A stretch of 64,000 nt of DNA from Lama guanicoe (lineage: Eukaryota): the NCBI GenBank assembly GCA_013239625.1, contig MU057102.1, forward strand, positions 496,001 to 560,000, written 5' to 3'. Numbering within the stretch: position 1 is the stretch's first letter; each line of letters begins with the position of its first letter. A program made the position numbers and the translations under genes. Shown piece by piece: positions 12,823 to 24,733 of the stretch. The notes beneath the pieces are model-generated. The model saw only the letters and a list, made by a program, of their open reading frames with translations. It was not told the origin of the DNA and searched no databases.

Positions 12823-14289
12823 GGGTCAGACTCGGGTGGCAGCCGGGCGCCGGGGGCAGGAGTGACGTGCTCCTGCGGAACGCGCCCCAGGCCGGGAAGT
12901 CCCGCGAGCTGCTGTCCCCCCAGTGCGCCGTCCTGACGGTGGTCCTCACACCAGGACAGGAGGCCGAGGGACTGAGGTGGGCGAGGCCGTGCAGGCAGGA
13001 GGGCAGCTTGTTCCACGCCCCCCAGCCCAGGACCCCACCAGGGCTCCCGTTTCCGACTTGTGCGGGGTTTGGAAGGAGCAGCCGGGCAGGACCCTGCGCC
13101 CACACCTGCTTCTGGCTGGCCTGTCAGCCTCCTCTGCCCATAACGGGGTGGAGCTAATTTAATGTCCGGGTCCCCCACCACCCTCTGCTTAGTCTTTAAT
13201 CTGACACGAAAGGAGGTCACCTGGCTGGCTGGCTGGCCTGCAGGGCCTGCTCGTTACCAGTTCAGTTGCTGAAGGTGGAAAGTGAGTTCCGACACTCATT
13301 GCCAGCTTTCCTGAGTTGCAGGGCCTCTAACAGCCAGGTGCTGCTCCAGCCCAGGCAGGAAGTCCTCCTCTGCGCTACTGGGGGCTGCAGGGACCCCCGG
13401 GGGCCTGGGTGGGAGGCACTTCCTGTCCTGTGCAGGGCCTGGCACATGGTAGGGGCTGATCCTGGTCCTGGCCCAGCCTCCTCTTTCAAGATGGGGACGC
13501 TGAGGCCCAGGGTCGCACATGCACCCCCGACCCTGGGACTGAGGCAGGGCCGCCAACCCGTGTGCCTGTGCTTGCCTGAGACCCGCCTCCAGGAGGATCC
13601 AATCTCTGCCTCTTAGCCCCCACCCTGCGGCCCTGGTTTCCCCACCAAAGACTCCAAGCCGGTTATTTCAAACCATCTGAAAGCAATAAGGAAGTAGCTT
13701 ACGGATGAAATACCTTTAACATGAAGTTGTATCTTGTGGTCAGTGTTTCTTTCTGTCTAAACATTTCTCCTTGCTGAGCTGGGCTGGGGAAGGGGGCCCA
13801 GGAAACTGTTTCTCTGGCCTGAAAAACTCTCAGAGAGAAGCCAGCTCTGCGCCTCGTTGGGTGGGAAGCGGCAGGGTTGGTCTTGGAGCTGACAAGTTCC
13901 CCATCTCTGCCCCTTCCGTCCGGCCTCCACACGGCCAAGGGGAGCTTCCTAAAACCAGAGCTGACTGGACACGTCCAGCGCCAAAGGCTTCTGGGCTCCC
14001 CACTGTTCTTGGATTGATGTCTAAGGCCCCCCTCATCTTATTCCTACTGACAACTTGCCCCAGACCCGCTCCCCACTTGAGCAGGGTGACGCATCTGGGG
14101 CACAGGATGTAAGGAGGTCCTCACTCAGGGATGGTGCCTGAGAGCGAGGCTCTTCTCAGAGTTTTCACCCTCACCTTCCTTGCCCCGGTCCCAGCCCTGT
14201 TCTTTCTCACCATCCTTCCCTCCCCACCCCTCCACGGCCCGTCCACTACGGCATCCTAGGGTTCCTTTCACGCCCAGCGCTTTTCTGTG

Positions 14290-14484
14290 CTGGCTCCTTC
14301 ACCTGGGATCCCTCCTCCCCTTTCCCTTAGCCAGTCATGACTCCTGTTCCTGATCCCCCAGACTCCACCTGGGGCCCAAAGCCCCCAGGGGGCCCTGCCA
14401 GGCCCTCATCACACCCTCTAATTCTTTGTTGTCTGTCAAACCTTTGAGACTGAATTCTGTGAAGGCCCTGGCCATTGTGTTTAT
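14290..14484 (+). mobile_element. L2 LINE 3' fragment running into the gap
   Basis: ttgttgtctgtc...agactgaattctgtgaaggccctggccattgtgtttat. Confidence 0.55.
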
Positions 14485-14635
14485 NNNNNNNNNNNNNNNN
14501 NNNNNNNNNNNNNNNNNNNNNNNNNNNNNNNNNNNNNNNNNNNNNNNNNNNNNNNNNNNNNNNNNNNNNNNNNNNNNNNNNNNNNNNNNNNNNNNNNNNN
14601 NNNNNNNNNNNNNNNNNNNNNNNNNNNNNNNNNNN
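14485..14635. other. Assembly gap (151 N)
   Basis: Run of N seen directly. Confidence 1.
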
Positions 14636-14814
14636 GTGGGTGAGTGATTGGACAGTCTCATGACTAGGCTTTTGTTTGTGAGTAATTTGAAGTCCTTCAT
14701 AGATTCAAATGACTCCTAGGCTTAGGCAGGTAGGGCGACCTGGACCTCATTGGTTCTTGTAGGAGGCCGCATGGCCCAGGGCCACAAACAAGGGATCAGA
14801 GCTGAGGAGATGTG

Positions 14815-15268
14815 TCTATGGCACTGGGAACACAGAGCACAGCTGGACACAGCGCCTGCCCTCTTGGAGCTCACTGTCCATTGTGGGAGGTTGGGCAGAG
14901 GCCCAATCGTGGTGGCCCACTGTGATTGGGTGGTAATGGTGGTTTAGATAAAGCATCCTGGGAGGGACCTATTCTTCAGGCCACGTGGAGAAAGTCTTCG
15001 TGGAAGAGGTGACATTTAAACAGGCTTTGTAGGATGAGTAGGCGTTGGCTGGTGAAGCTGGTGGGTGTCGGAATTCTTGGCAGAGAGAACAGTGTGTGTC
15101 AGAGTACCAGGTACTTCCTGGGGGCAGAGAGAAGTGCACTGTGGCTGGTGGTTAAGAGGAAATAAAGCTAAGATGATGAATTGAGACACAATCTGCCACC
15201 TTGAGGACTTTGAACGTGATCTTGGTGGCAGTGGGGAGCCATGGAAGGTTTTACACAGAGGGCAGCTA
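14815..15268 (-). mobile_element. L2 LINE fragment
   Basis: cctgccctcttggagctcactgtc...ggaagaggtgacattt...aggatgagtaggcgtt...ggcagtggggagccatggaaggtttt. Confidence 0.85.
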
Positions 15269-16994
15269 CATTCCTTCACCCAGCCTGGAGCTGGTAAGCT
15301 GTGCCAAGGTGAGATCCAAGTTTGTGCTTGAAATTCCAAAATCTCTGGAAATTCTTGTCCAGGACACCCTCACTCTTAGCTCTTATCTCCACGCTCTTTG
15401 AGTTTTAGCTCCTGGGTTCCAACCACAGGACAAGAGATGTCTTGTTTTTAGTGGTTTTTATACAGGTCTCTACTTAGTCTGGGAAAGGTGAAAAAAAAAG
15501 AAACCTGATTTTGTTCTGCACCCTACCTTAGGAGTGAAGGGAATTTTAAAGGAAGGGAAGATGCTTTGATAACCCAAACGTTTTGCAGAGAACCAAAACA
15601 CGTGAGAGAAATTCCTCCTCCAGGCTCCATCAGACCCCAGCCCTGCTGAGAGCTGCCCACCGGCGCCTGGCCACCCTGCTTCCCTCTTGCTGGAGCTCCT
15701 TTCTCCTCTTCCTGCACAGTTTATCAGCAACCCTCATCCTTAAATGCACGCAGCCCCTTTGGCTTTCTGAGTTGCCCTCACTCTGAGCTGTGTTCTCCCA
15801 TTTCCCCTGTGAGGAGGTTGAGGCTCAGCAGGTGGGAAGACCGCCCAGGTTCCCAGCTGAGTGGGCGTGGCCAGCGGCTCTTCTGCGGTGATAGGGGTGC
15901 CTGGTGTGGGCGCCTAGCAGAGGAGGCTGGGAGCCAGGCTGGGCCTGCGCTGGGACCTCAGCGGCTGGGTTTAGAGGCTGGCCTGGCTCATGTCTCAGCT
16001 CTGCCCCCTTCTGGCTGGGGTTGGTGGGCGCTCCTGCCTTTCTCGTGTCTTTCGAGGGATGGTAACTGCTAACCCACATCTACCCCACCGCCGGCTGTGC
16101 GCCTGGGTCCACTTTTTAACCCGGAGTCTCAGACAGGTGACAGTTACCTTGTTCTGTGCCCTGATTTGCGCTGTCATCCAAGGGTGTGTACAGTGGCCTC
16201 TGGAGCTAAGGGCCCTCTGCCCTGGCGGGGATGGACTCCCCTACCTGCCCGGGGAAGAAACTACAGAGCTGAAGGAGGCCCCGCCCACCTTTCTGGGAAC
16301 CCCTGCTCTGCCGGCGGAAGGGCGGCGACAGTGTGCCTGGCGGGTGCTTCCCTGATGCTTGTTGCTGCCCGTGCTGACATCTGGGTCAGGGGTCCTGGGG
16401 GGAGGTGTGACACGGGGGTCCTGGCCTCCCAGGGCGGTGGGGGAGACCCGAACCGCTTGTAGTCCCCCGTCGGGGTGGGGCGGGGAGAGGGGCTGCAGGG
16501 CCCTGGCCTGCGCCAAGAGGAGCCAGGCGAGCAGACAGGTGAAGGGCTCCTGCCTTGGGTCCAGGACCTCCTTCCAGATCTTTGTGGAAGCTCCCAGAGC
16601 AGCCTGAGTGAGCCGTGCCCCAGATGCTGTTCCGAAACCCCAGGTGTGAGGCAGGTTCCAGAGTTCCGAGGAACTTCCGGGTCAGAGCCGAGATGGCTGG
16701 GTCAGAAAAAGCACGGAGCTGGGAGCAGATGGCCCTGGATCTGGACCCGTTCCCTTCTGAGAAACAGGCATCATCACTGTTGCAGCCAGCATGCTTGTAG
16801 GGATTATTGAGATGTGTGCAAGGGCTGGGCATACACTAGGAATTTAATAAATGCTCGTGGCTAAAGAGAGAGGAAGGCTTAGTTAGACAAGTGCCCGTTC
16901 TAGACATCAGAGTCCTGATGAGCCTCCCTGCAAGCCTGAGGACTGTAGCACAGAGAGTTCGTAGAAGAATCTCAGAAGTTGGGGCCAGAGGATC

Positions 16995-17515
16995 TTCATT
17001 CTTTGATTCTCTCATTCATGCATTCACTCACTTACAAAGATTTATTAGATACCTGCTCTATGCTGGGCCTGGTGGGAAGGGCCAGCAAACAGCCCTGGTG
17101 GGGAGTGGTGTGTCCCTGCCTGTCTGGAATGGTGGGGAGAGACCCTGAGCAAACAGTTGCATAGGTCATTGGTGACAGTAGTGGTTGTGCTCGGAGGGAG
17201 GAGAGGATATGAGAGCGGGTGGGAACTGGACAGGGAGGGCTTTCCTGGGAAGGTGACCTTTGGACCTGTGATAGAAGTTCAAGCAGAGTCAGGAGGGGGG
17301 TGTTCTAGGCAGTAGGACCACAAGTGCAAAGGCCCTGTGGTGGGAGGAAACCTGGCTTGTTGAAGGAGCTAGCAGGAGGCCAGGTGGTTGACCAGGGGAG
17401 TGGCAGGCCTTCCACAGTAAGGGGCTTGGACTTTGAAGATGACGGGAAGTCTCTGAAGGGCTCCCCACTAAAGTGACGGTGGCTTTACACCCTGGCTGCA
17501 GTTGGGGAATGGTTG
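16995..17515 (-). mobile_element. L2 LINE with (TTCA)n tail
   Basis: ttcattc...tcattcatgcattcactcac...atttattagatacctgctctatgc; caagtgcaaaggccctgtggtgggagg. Confidence 0.85.
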
Positions 17516-17639
17516 CTAGGGTCTAAAGCCTGATGGAAGATCAGAATCTGAGTACTCTCAGCCCACGTGTGTAGTGAGGTCCACGCGCCTTAGCAGGGTT
17601 TGTGTGGTCACCTGTGAGCTGATCACCCAGGGCTCCTTC

Positions 17640-17876
17640 GAGTTTCTGGAGCAAGAGTGTTCCCTGTGTGTCTGCACTTGTGCATGCTGTTCCTCTGCTG
17701 GAAACACCCTTCCCTGATCTGTGGGCTCTCCGTGGGGTCGGGTGGGTTGGTCCCTGCAGATGTTGTGCAGCTGCCTTTGTACCCCACCTTGTAATTGGGT
17801 CCCTGCTAGGGTGTGAGCTCCCTGACTATAGCATGGAGCCTGGCACTGTGCCTATTGGTTGAATGAGTGAATGAAT
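17640..17876 (+). mobile_element. L2 LINE 3' fragment
   Basis: catgctgttcctctgctggaa...tgtgagctccctg...gcctggcac...ttgaatgagtgaatgaa. Confidence 0.75.
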
Positions 17877-18099
17877 TCATTCAAGCTGACCTGTCTAACC
17901 CGTGCTGAACAGAGCTCAGGGACTATGAGGCCACCTGGTCCAGGTCCCTCTGAACTGGTGTGGAAACTGAGGCCTAGGGTCACCCAGGGGGCTGAGGGGG
18001 AGCCAGATGGGAGGCTCTGGGGCTCCCCGTCCAGTGTTCTTTCTGTAACACTTTCCTGTCACCCCCTCCCCCCTCGCTTCTGTCCCCATCCCTCAGTTA

Positions 18100-18245
18100 G
18101 CAAATGAAATGTTCATGCCCTCACTTATTCTTTAAAAATTAATTTGGAAATATTTTATGCAGCGCCTCAATCGCAGTTGGAAACCATTTATTTAATCCCA
18201 GGCGGCAGGACACCAGACAGCGGAGGTGATTGGTTACAACGCCTG
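18100..18245. promoter_or_regulatory. Candidate conserved non-coding element
   Basis: Repeat-free AT-rich block (aaattaattt, ttttatg, atttatttaatccc, gattgg) next to a CpG-rich stretch; conservation not tested. Confidence 0.35.
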
Positions 18246-19000
18246 GGGCTGCGCAGCCTGTTCAGGAGCTGCTGCCCGGGGGCGGGCAAGGCTCCCGCGA
18301 GGGGATGGAGACATGGGGTCTGCCGCTCCTGTGAAGGCACGTGGCCCCTGCGGCCCCGCAGCCGGTCCCACAGCAGGAGCTGTTGCCTCCACGGTAAATA
18401 CGCGGGGACCTGCGAGGCCGGATGCGCTGCTGCAGGGCAGAGTCTGCCGGGGGCACCGAGACCCCCCTGCCCCACCCCGCGCCAGGATGCGCTCGTCCTT
18501 CTGTCCTGTCCAGAAATTCATGAAGATCCTGCCTGAGAGGGGCCTCCCGGCTCCCCTCTTCCCAGCAGGTTGGACTCTGTGACTTCTGCCTTGAGGCTGG
18601 GAGGCAGATCTACACTCCTGGGACCTCATAGTCTGTAAGAATCCGGGCCAGGACTCGAACTTGGGCCTGTGTGAGCTCCAGGCCTCCATAGCTCTGCCTC
18701 CTTGGGCCTGTGAACATGCCGCCCGATGTCGTGGAGGTCGGGGAGGCTGGGCTGGGGCGGTTTGCCTGGACTGCGTGGTTCTCAGGATGTGGAGCATCCT
18801 GTACTAAAGCTGGAGTGGTCCCAGGCGGCAGGGACAGGGGCAGGGGCAGGGCTCCTGCACCTCCTCGTGTCTGTGGGGGAAGCCCAGAGCTCAGCCTGCA
18901 CCTGCCCTGAGAGATGCCGGGTTCCTCCCTTCAGGAGCTTTCTCACACCGGGTTTCCTGAATCCGCTCAGTCTCCGCTGGACCCCTCACTTGCTGCTGGT

Positions 19001-19280
19001 CTGAAGGTGAATCTTTTTTTTTCTTCTTCATTGTCCCACTTTATTTCTCAGTTAAGCCCGACTCAACGGGATCATTTTGAGGACAAGAACTGTTCTACAT
19101 TTGAATTATCGGTGCAGAAAAATAATTTCTTTTTATTTTTTTATTGAGTTATAGTCAGTTTACAATGTTGTGTCAGCTTCTGGTGTACAGCACAGTGCTT
19201 CAGTCACACATGAACACACACATACTTGTGTTCAGATTCTTCTCTGCCGTGAGCTACACAAGATACTGAAGGTGAATCTT
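19001..19280 (-). mobile_element. 5'-truncated lineage-specific L1 with ~100-bp 3' transduction and 15-bp TSD
   Basis: Exact direct repeat ctgaaggtgaatctt at 19001-19015 and 19266-19280; L1 3' end at ~19126-19270 (ttattgagttatagtcagtttacaatgttgtgtca...); unique segment at ~19023-19125; second T-run at 19014-19022. Confidence 0.9.
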
Positions 19281-20123
19281 CTGATGAGACAGATGTGTTT
19301 GTTCCTCTGCAGCCTGGCACTCAGGCACGTGGTATCCCACGCCGTTCCCCTCCAGCACCAAGGGTGCAACTCCCCGGGACCTGGGCGCAGGTCCAACTCA
19401 GAGCCAGAAATGATGCCAGAAGCAAGGTGAGGGAGAGGTGGATGTGTCCCTCAGCAGGAAACATGGGGTCCCATGGGCATTCAGTGACACTTCCTGGTCC
19501 CATCATGAGCTTAGGACCAGCTGTGAAATAAAACACAGGAGGCAAACATCAGAGATCACGTGACTGCTTTATTATTGTCTTGGGAGACTGGGAGGATGCA
19601 GTTTTAGGGCTGTAGCCAAGAGGAAGTGCTCAGTCTCTCAGCCCTGTCACTGTTCAAGCACGGCCCTTCTCCCTCCTGCACTGCCAGAGCAGCTGGAACA
19701 AACCCAGCCTGCAGGCCACAGCCACAAGCAGCAAAGGAAGCATGAGGAGCAAGGAGGAAGTGGTCCCACCTCTCAGAAAGGAACGTTATGCAAAGCCTGG
19801 GAGGATGGTCTTGTAGACTACTGGGTCGCAGTCCCTGGCTCCTTGCCTGACCCAGCATCTCTGTGCAGGGAGTGCTTGCTGAATGGAGGCACTGTGAGTG
19901 TCCCTCCCCCTCTACCTGTCCCAGGCCCAGCTCCAAGGCCCTTCCTCCAGGAAGCCTTCCTGGTCCTGCAGAGAGTTCTGTGTTTGAGCATGGCTCACTA
20001 TGACTTTGAGAAAGCTGTCTCTGGGTTGAGAATGGGGGGGCCAAGTCGTCTGTGGCCAAAGCATTATGATCTGAAGCTTGTTGCTCCAGGGCGGTCTCTA
20101 GGGGGTGCCTCCTGTTCAGTTGT

Positions 20124-20328
20124 CCAGGCTGCTCCACCTGCAGACTGGGCTGTTTCAACAGGTCCCTGAACTCAGAAGGGCTCTGCACTTGGGGGGCCAC
20201 ACTTGGGATGGCCTTGCTTTTAGTTTACGCTGCTGTTTCTCATCTTAACTTTCTTAATTGTTTTTTTATCAGGAGGCCCTGCATTTTCATTGTGCACTTG
20301 GCCTCACGAGTTGTGCAGCTGGCCCTAG
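20124..20328 (+). mobile_element. MER45-like hAT-Tip100 element
   Basis: ctcagaagggctctgcacttgg...ttcttaattg...ggccctgcattttcattgtgcacttggcc...gcagctggccct. Confidence 0.75.
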
Positions 20329-20619
20329 ATGGCTCCGGTGGGGATGGATAACTGCCTTCATTTCTTGGCCTTCACTCATTGAACAAGAGTCGTTCGGTGC
20401 AGTGTGCGGTTGGGACACATGGAGGGGGCTGTCTTGCAGACCAGGATGTGACCTTGTGTCCTTGGAGATGCAGCTCTGAAGTGGAGGTGTGGGGTGCCCT
20501 GCAGGGAGCCCGCTCCAGCCGGCTTGGGGTTCCTGAGCTCAGGACTTGGAGTAGGTCTCGCGAGACTTTTCTCATTCTCCCTTCCCCAGGCTTCCCTCCC
20601 TGCAGGACTTCCAAAGCCA

Positions 20620-20835
20620 GGGTAATGAAGTGTCTCCTGTGAGGTTTCAGGCAAAGTAATCTGCCTTAAAGGATGGCCTGAGTGCAGTAATTGGCCGCTG
20701 AGGCGGGCAGTGATTGCAAGGTTAATTGTTACTAACCCTCGGAGGTGTGAGCAGGGGGTGGAGCTAATGTGATATCTTCAGTTGTAAATTTCAGTTGCCA
20801 AGGCAGAGAGACGATGCAGTTACCTTGAAGATGGA
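20620..20835. promoter_or_regulatory. Candidate conserved non-coding element
   Basis: Non-repetitive block with clustered TAAT cores (gtaatg, gtaatc, gtaattgg, ttaattg, ctaatg) and an NFI half-site ttgccaa. Confidence 0.35.
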
Positions 20836-21214
20836 GACACCAAGGCCTCCCCCTAGCAGAGGGGCTGGGGTTGTGGGTTCTCAGAACTGAGGGATGTGGG
20901 GTGGGTATGCGGATGAGGGGTGGAAAAGCAATGGTGGTGATGGGAGGGGAATGATGCTTGACCGTCCCTGTGTGCATGACCCTCTGCTGAGCCTTTTTCT
21001 GTCTGTGACTCTACTGTTAGGACAATGTGACACTGAACCTGAGAAAGCCAAGGGCGTGGCCCATGACTGCCCAGCTAAAACTGTAGCACCGGGCGTGAAC
21101 CTGGTCTGATCGTGCCATTTGCAGATGTGCCCAAGTGCTTGCAGGGACTCTGCGTGCCGGTCTAGAGTGCAGGTTTCAGGGGGATTCAGATGGTCCCAGC
21201 AGTCCTGAGTGATG

Positions 21215-21448
21215 GTGGGCAGTGTGACGCTGGAGAAGTCACCTGGGACTTTGCAAACAGAGGGTCTTGGTTTGCCTCCTGGCACGTCCACTCGCTGGGC
21301 TAAGTGCTACAAGGTGCAGCAGGTGACATGTCTGAGCCTCAGCCCCTGCATGTCTAGGGTAGACATAGCAGTCCCAATGCCTGGGACAGGGCAGGTGTAA
21401 TTCCGAGAGGCCTGCACAGCCCTGTGCCTGGCACCTGAAGGGTGTCCA
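21215..21448 (+). mobile_element. MIR SINE (degenerate, near full length)
   Basis: ggcagtgtg...tctgagcctcagcc...gtgcctggcac. Confidence 0.6.
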
Positions 21449-21494
21449 TGAGTCTGTTTTCCTTGCTCCTCTGCAGAGACTTGACTTACATAAG

Positions 21495-21695
21495 TGGCAG
21501 GTGGTCAGACACAGACTGAAGCTTCCAGCTCCAGCTGCAAAGCCCATTGTGGCCACTTCTACCTGGGTGACTCTGGGCAGGGTTCCTAGCCTGCCTGCCT
21601 CAGTTTTCCCATCTGGAAAACAGGGCTAATAATAATAGTACCTACGTGACTGGATTGTTTGGAGGGTTCAGTGAGCTAACGCACAGAATAGAGTA
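21495..21695 (+). mobile_element. MIR SINE
   Basis: gcctcagttttcccatctggaaaacagggctaataataatagtacctac. Confidence 0.85.
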
Positions 21696-23329
21696 AGTAT
21701 TCGAAGCAGAAGCGGCTCTCTGCTTAGAAAGCACCTTGCCTTGTCACCTGTGTCCCAGGGTGGAGAGGAGCGCAGGGGGATCCCAAGGCCCCAGGTTCAG
21801 TGGCTGGTCCAAGGCCTGCAGCTGGGAAGTGGCAGTGTCAGGAACCTCCTGGTGGCCCTGTGTGAAGTACGCTGGGAGGACTGGCTGAGCCTCCGGGACA
21901 GCCGCCCACAGGTGTTAATTTCCCCAGGGCTGCGAGTGAAGACAGCCGTGGAGGGTTGGGGTGGTGCGGTTGGGGTGCTGGGTCCTGACACCCCTGCACT
22001 GTGCTGTCCCTGCAAAGACAGCTGCTCCTGTGCAGTCACTACCTCGTCCACCATCAAGCAAGTGCGGTTGCTCCCACCCCACCCCCAGCTCTCGCTGCTG
22101 AGTCCCGAGTCATCAGACCCTTAGAGGGGACACTGGGCCCCTAGGAGGCTGGGCCTTGCTTATCCCATGGAACCTTCTAGAAGTGGAAGAAAACCAGGTG
22201 ACTTGCGAACACCCGCAGGCCTTTGCTGCTGCTTCTGTCTGGAAGGGAGAAGGTTAGGCTCGGTGAGGATTAGCGTGCCGTTCTGCTACAGCCGGGGTCT
22301 GCCCCAGCCGGCCGGGGGCCAGGACCGCTCTAGTAGACACACCTGCTCCCGTGGGGCAGGGGTGGGAGGAAGGGGGGGACGACTGAGGCAGGTGCCCCCC
22401 AACTCGCCTTGCACCAGGAGAAGGTGGAGCGGTTTGGGTGGTCCCCGCCACCCGATGGGCTGAGGGGGAAGTATGAACTGAGAGATAAAAATGTGCCCCT
22501 GACCAGCGAGCCCTTTCTGACGCGGGCAGGAGGTAAGGAGGGGGCACCGTGTTGCAGGGGAAGTTGGGAGAATGGGTTCAGGTTTGGAAATGGGACCGAC
22601 ATTGCAAAGCTGATAAAAGCCCTTCCCTGCAGCCCGACTCATTTATCCTACGAACAGTATTGAGAATTCTTTCCGTGAGATGCCCAGCTGAATCCAGGAG
22701 GGGCCCAGAATTCTGGGGGGTTGGCAGTGGGGTTGGAAACTGCCTTCCAGCTCTGGGGGCTACCCAGACCCCCCAACATGCTGACACTGGGAGGTGGACA
22801 ACGTGGCCACCCTCCTTCTCGAGGGGGCCTGCCCCTCTTTGTGTTACTGGTGGGAGAGCAGGCTGTGTGCTGTGGCTTTCCTCCAGGATTCGGGTGGATT
22901 CGGTGGGGATGGTATGGACTTACCCTGTGATAAGATGGTGCTCATGCCGTGTTGGGGCCTGGTTTCAGAGGGGAGCTTGGGGGCCGCAGAGGCCGGTCCC
23001 AGTGGGCGGAGACAGTGAAGTTTATTTCTGCTTGGTGTCGGTTTGAACCTGAACCCTTCACAGTTTGTGGCCTAGGAAAGGTGGAATTGAGCTGTGCTGG
23101 CAAGACCAATAGGAAGTCTAAAAAACATGGATTAAATGTGATTTCAGGACAGCAAAACCTAACTTGTCTTTATTTTGACTCATACATGTCATTGTTGGAA
23201 GGAATGGTGGGGCTTTGCCAGTAGCCCCATCAGTTTACAGCGGTCCCCAGGGTTGGGTGGTGACTTGGGGGGCTCTCTGACTGCCCCTCCAGTGCTCTGT
23301 CCAGGATGGTTTGATGGAAATCGGTGTGC

Positions 23330-23420
23330 ATGAGCTCTGGTGACGTACCTGGCTAGCCGTGTGACTTCAGGCAAGTCTCAAGACGTCTCTGAGTCCAGTT
23401 TCCCATCTTTGAGATGCAGT
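23330..23420 (+). mobile_element. MIR SINE core
   Basis: ctagccgtgtgacttcaggcaagtc...ctctgagtccagtttcccatct. Confidence 0.75.
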
Positions 23421-23449
23421 GACCGTGACACCCTCTATGTCTCTTTCTA

Positions 23450-23692
23450 CTTAAAACCTTCAAGGGATGTCTTATTGCCCTTGCAGCGACTCTGAGCACA
23501 CTGACGGTGCCTCAGTACTCAGCTGTCTCCCCCACCCCACACGTCAGTTCCTGGAGTGTCACTGTGCCCCATCCTCTCTTGTCTCTGGGTTTCTACTGCT
23601 GCTGGCTCCTCTGCCTGGAACACCTTTCTCCCCCTTATTCCTTCATCTTCTTCCTATCTTTTCTCTGGCTGATTCCTTCTTTTTCTTCAAGG
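23450..23692 (+). mobile_element. L2 LINE, left part (interrupted by L1)
   Basis: cttaaaaccttcaa...gctcctctgcctggaacacctttc...ggctgattccttc. Confidence 0.7.
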
Positions 23693-24490
23693 TCAGTCTA
23701 GCTAAAGGTTTATTATTTCTATTTATTTTCTCCAAGAACCATTGTTTTGGTTTCATTGATTTCTTTCTGTTGCTCTTCTGTCATCTATTCCACTTATTTC
23801 TGCCCTGGTTTTTATTATTTCCTTCCTTCTACTCACTTAGGGTTTAGTTTTCTCTTCTTTTTCTAGCTTCTTGAGGTGGAGCCTAGATGGTTGATTTTAG
23901 ATTTTTTTCCTTTCTAAGCATTTAAAGCTACAAATTTTCCTCCTCACACCACTCTAGCTGCGTCCCATGTGGTATGATGCATTGCGTTTCATTTTCATTC
24001 ACCTTTCTAATTTCCTGTGTGATTTCCATTTTGATCCCCAGGAAACGTGTAAATGTGCTGTTTATTTTTCAGTGTTTGAAGGTTTCTTAAATTTCCTTCT
24101 GTTGTGATCTCACTGTGGCCAGAGAACGTATTTGGTATGATTTTGACCCTTTTATACTTACTGGGCTTGCTTTAGAGCCTAGCATGTGATCTCCCCTGGA
24201 GCGTGTTCCCTGTGCCCTGGAAAAGCGTGTGCTTTCTGCTGCTGTCGGTTCTGGAAATGCCACTTAGGTCAAGTCAGTTGACAGTGCTGCTCAGGTCTTC
24301 TGTATCCGTACTGATCTTCTGTCTGGTTGGATTAACCATTACTGAAAGTGGATTGAAATCTCCAACTGTGATCATTGAGTCTTCTTTTTCTCCTTTTGAT
24401 TCTGTCAGTTTTGCTTTATGTGTATTAGGGCTGTGTTGTTAGGTGCATAGACATTTGCACTTGTTTTATCTTCCCAAAGGACAGACCCTT
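23692..24490 (-). mobile_element. Old L1 (L1M) internal ORF2 fragment, endonuclease region, decayed
   Basis: The minus strand translates to ANVYAPNN (~24435-24458) and MITVGDFN (~24352-24376), matching the L1 EN motifs NIYAPN and IVGDFN; T-rich plus strand. Confidence 0.9.
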
Positions 24491-24733
24491 CTTCTCCTTC
24501 AGCCTCACTTCAATGGCCCTTTTCCAGGCAGACCTTCCCAGATCTCAGATGGTACCAGTTTCCCCTGCCGTGAGTCCCCATCATAACATTCATCAAACTG
24601 TGCTATCACTGCTGGAAAGATCCGGGAGGCCGGGGAGCATGTCAGACCTGCTCAGCAATTCATGCTCAGCACCTAACATAGGCTCACACATGGCCGCGGG
24701 TGCTCTGTAAGTATTTGTTGATCAAATGAGTAA
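24490..24733 (+). mobile_element. L2 LINE, right part with 3' tail
   Basis: cagcacctaacatagg...gtgctctgtaagtatttgttgatcaaatgagtaa. Confidence 0.7.

Noticed and set aside
17868-17883. 16-bp perfect palindrome tgaatgaattcattca
   Set aside because: It is explained by the low-complexity (TGAA)n L2 tail meeting its complement.
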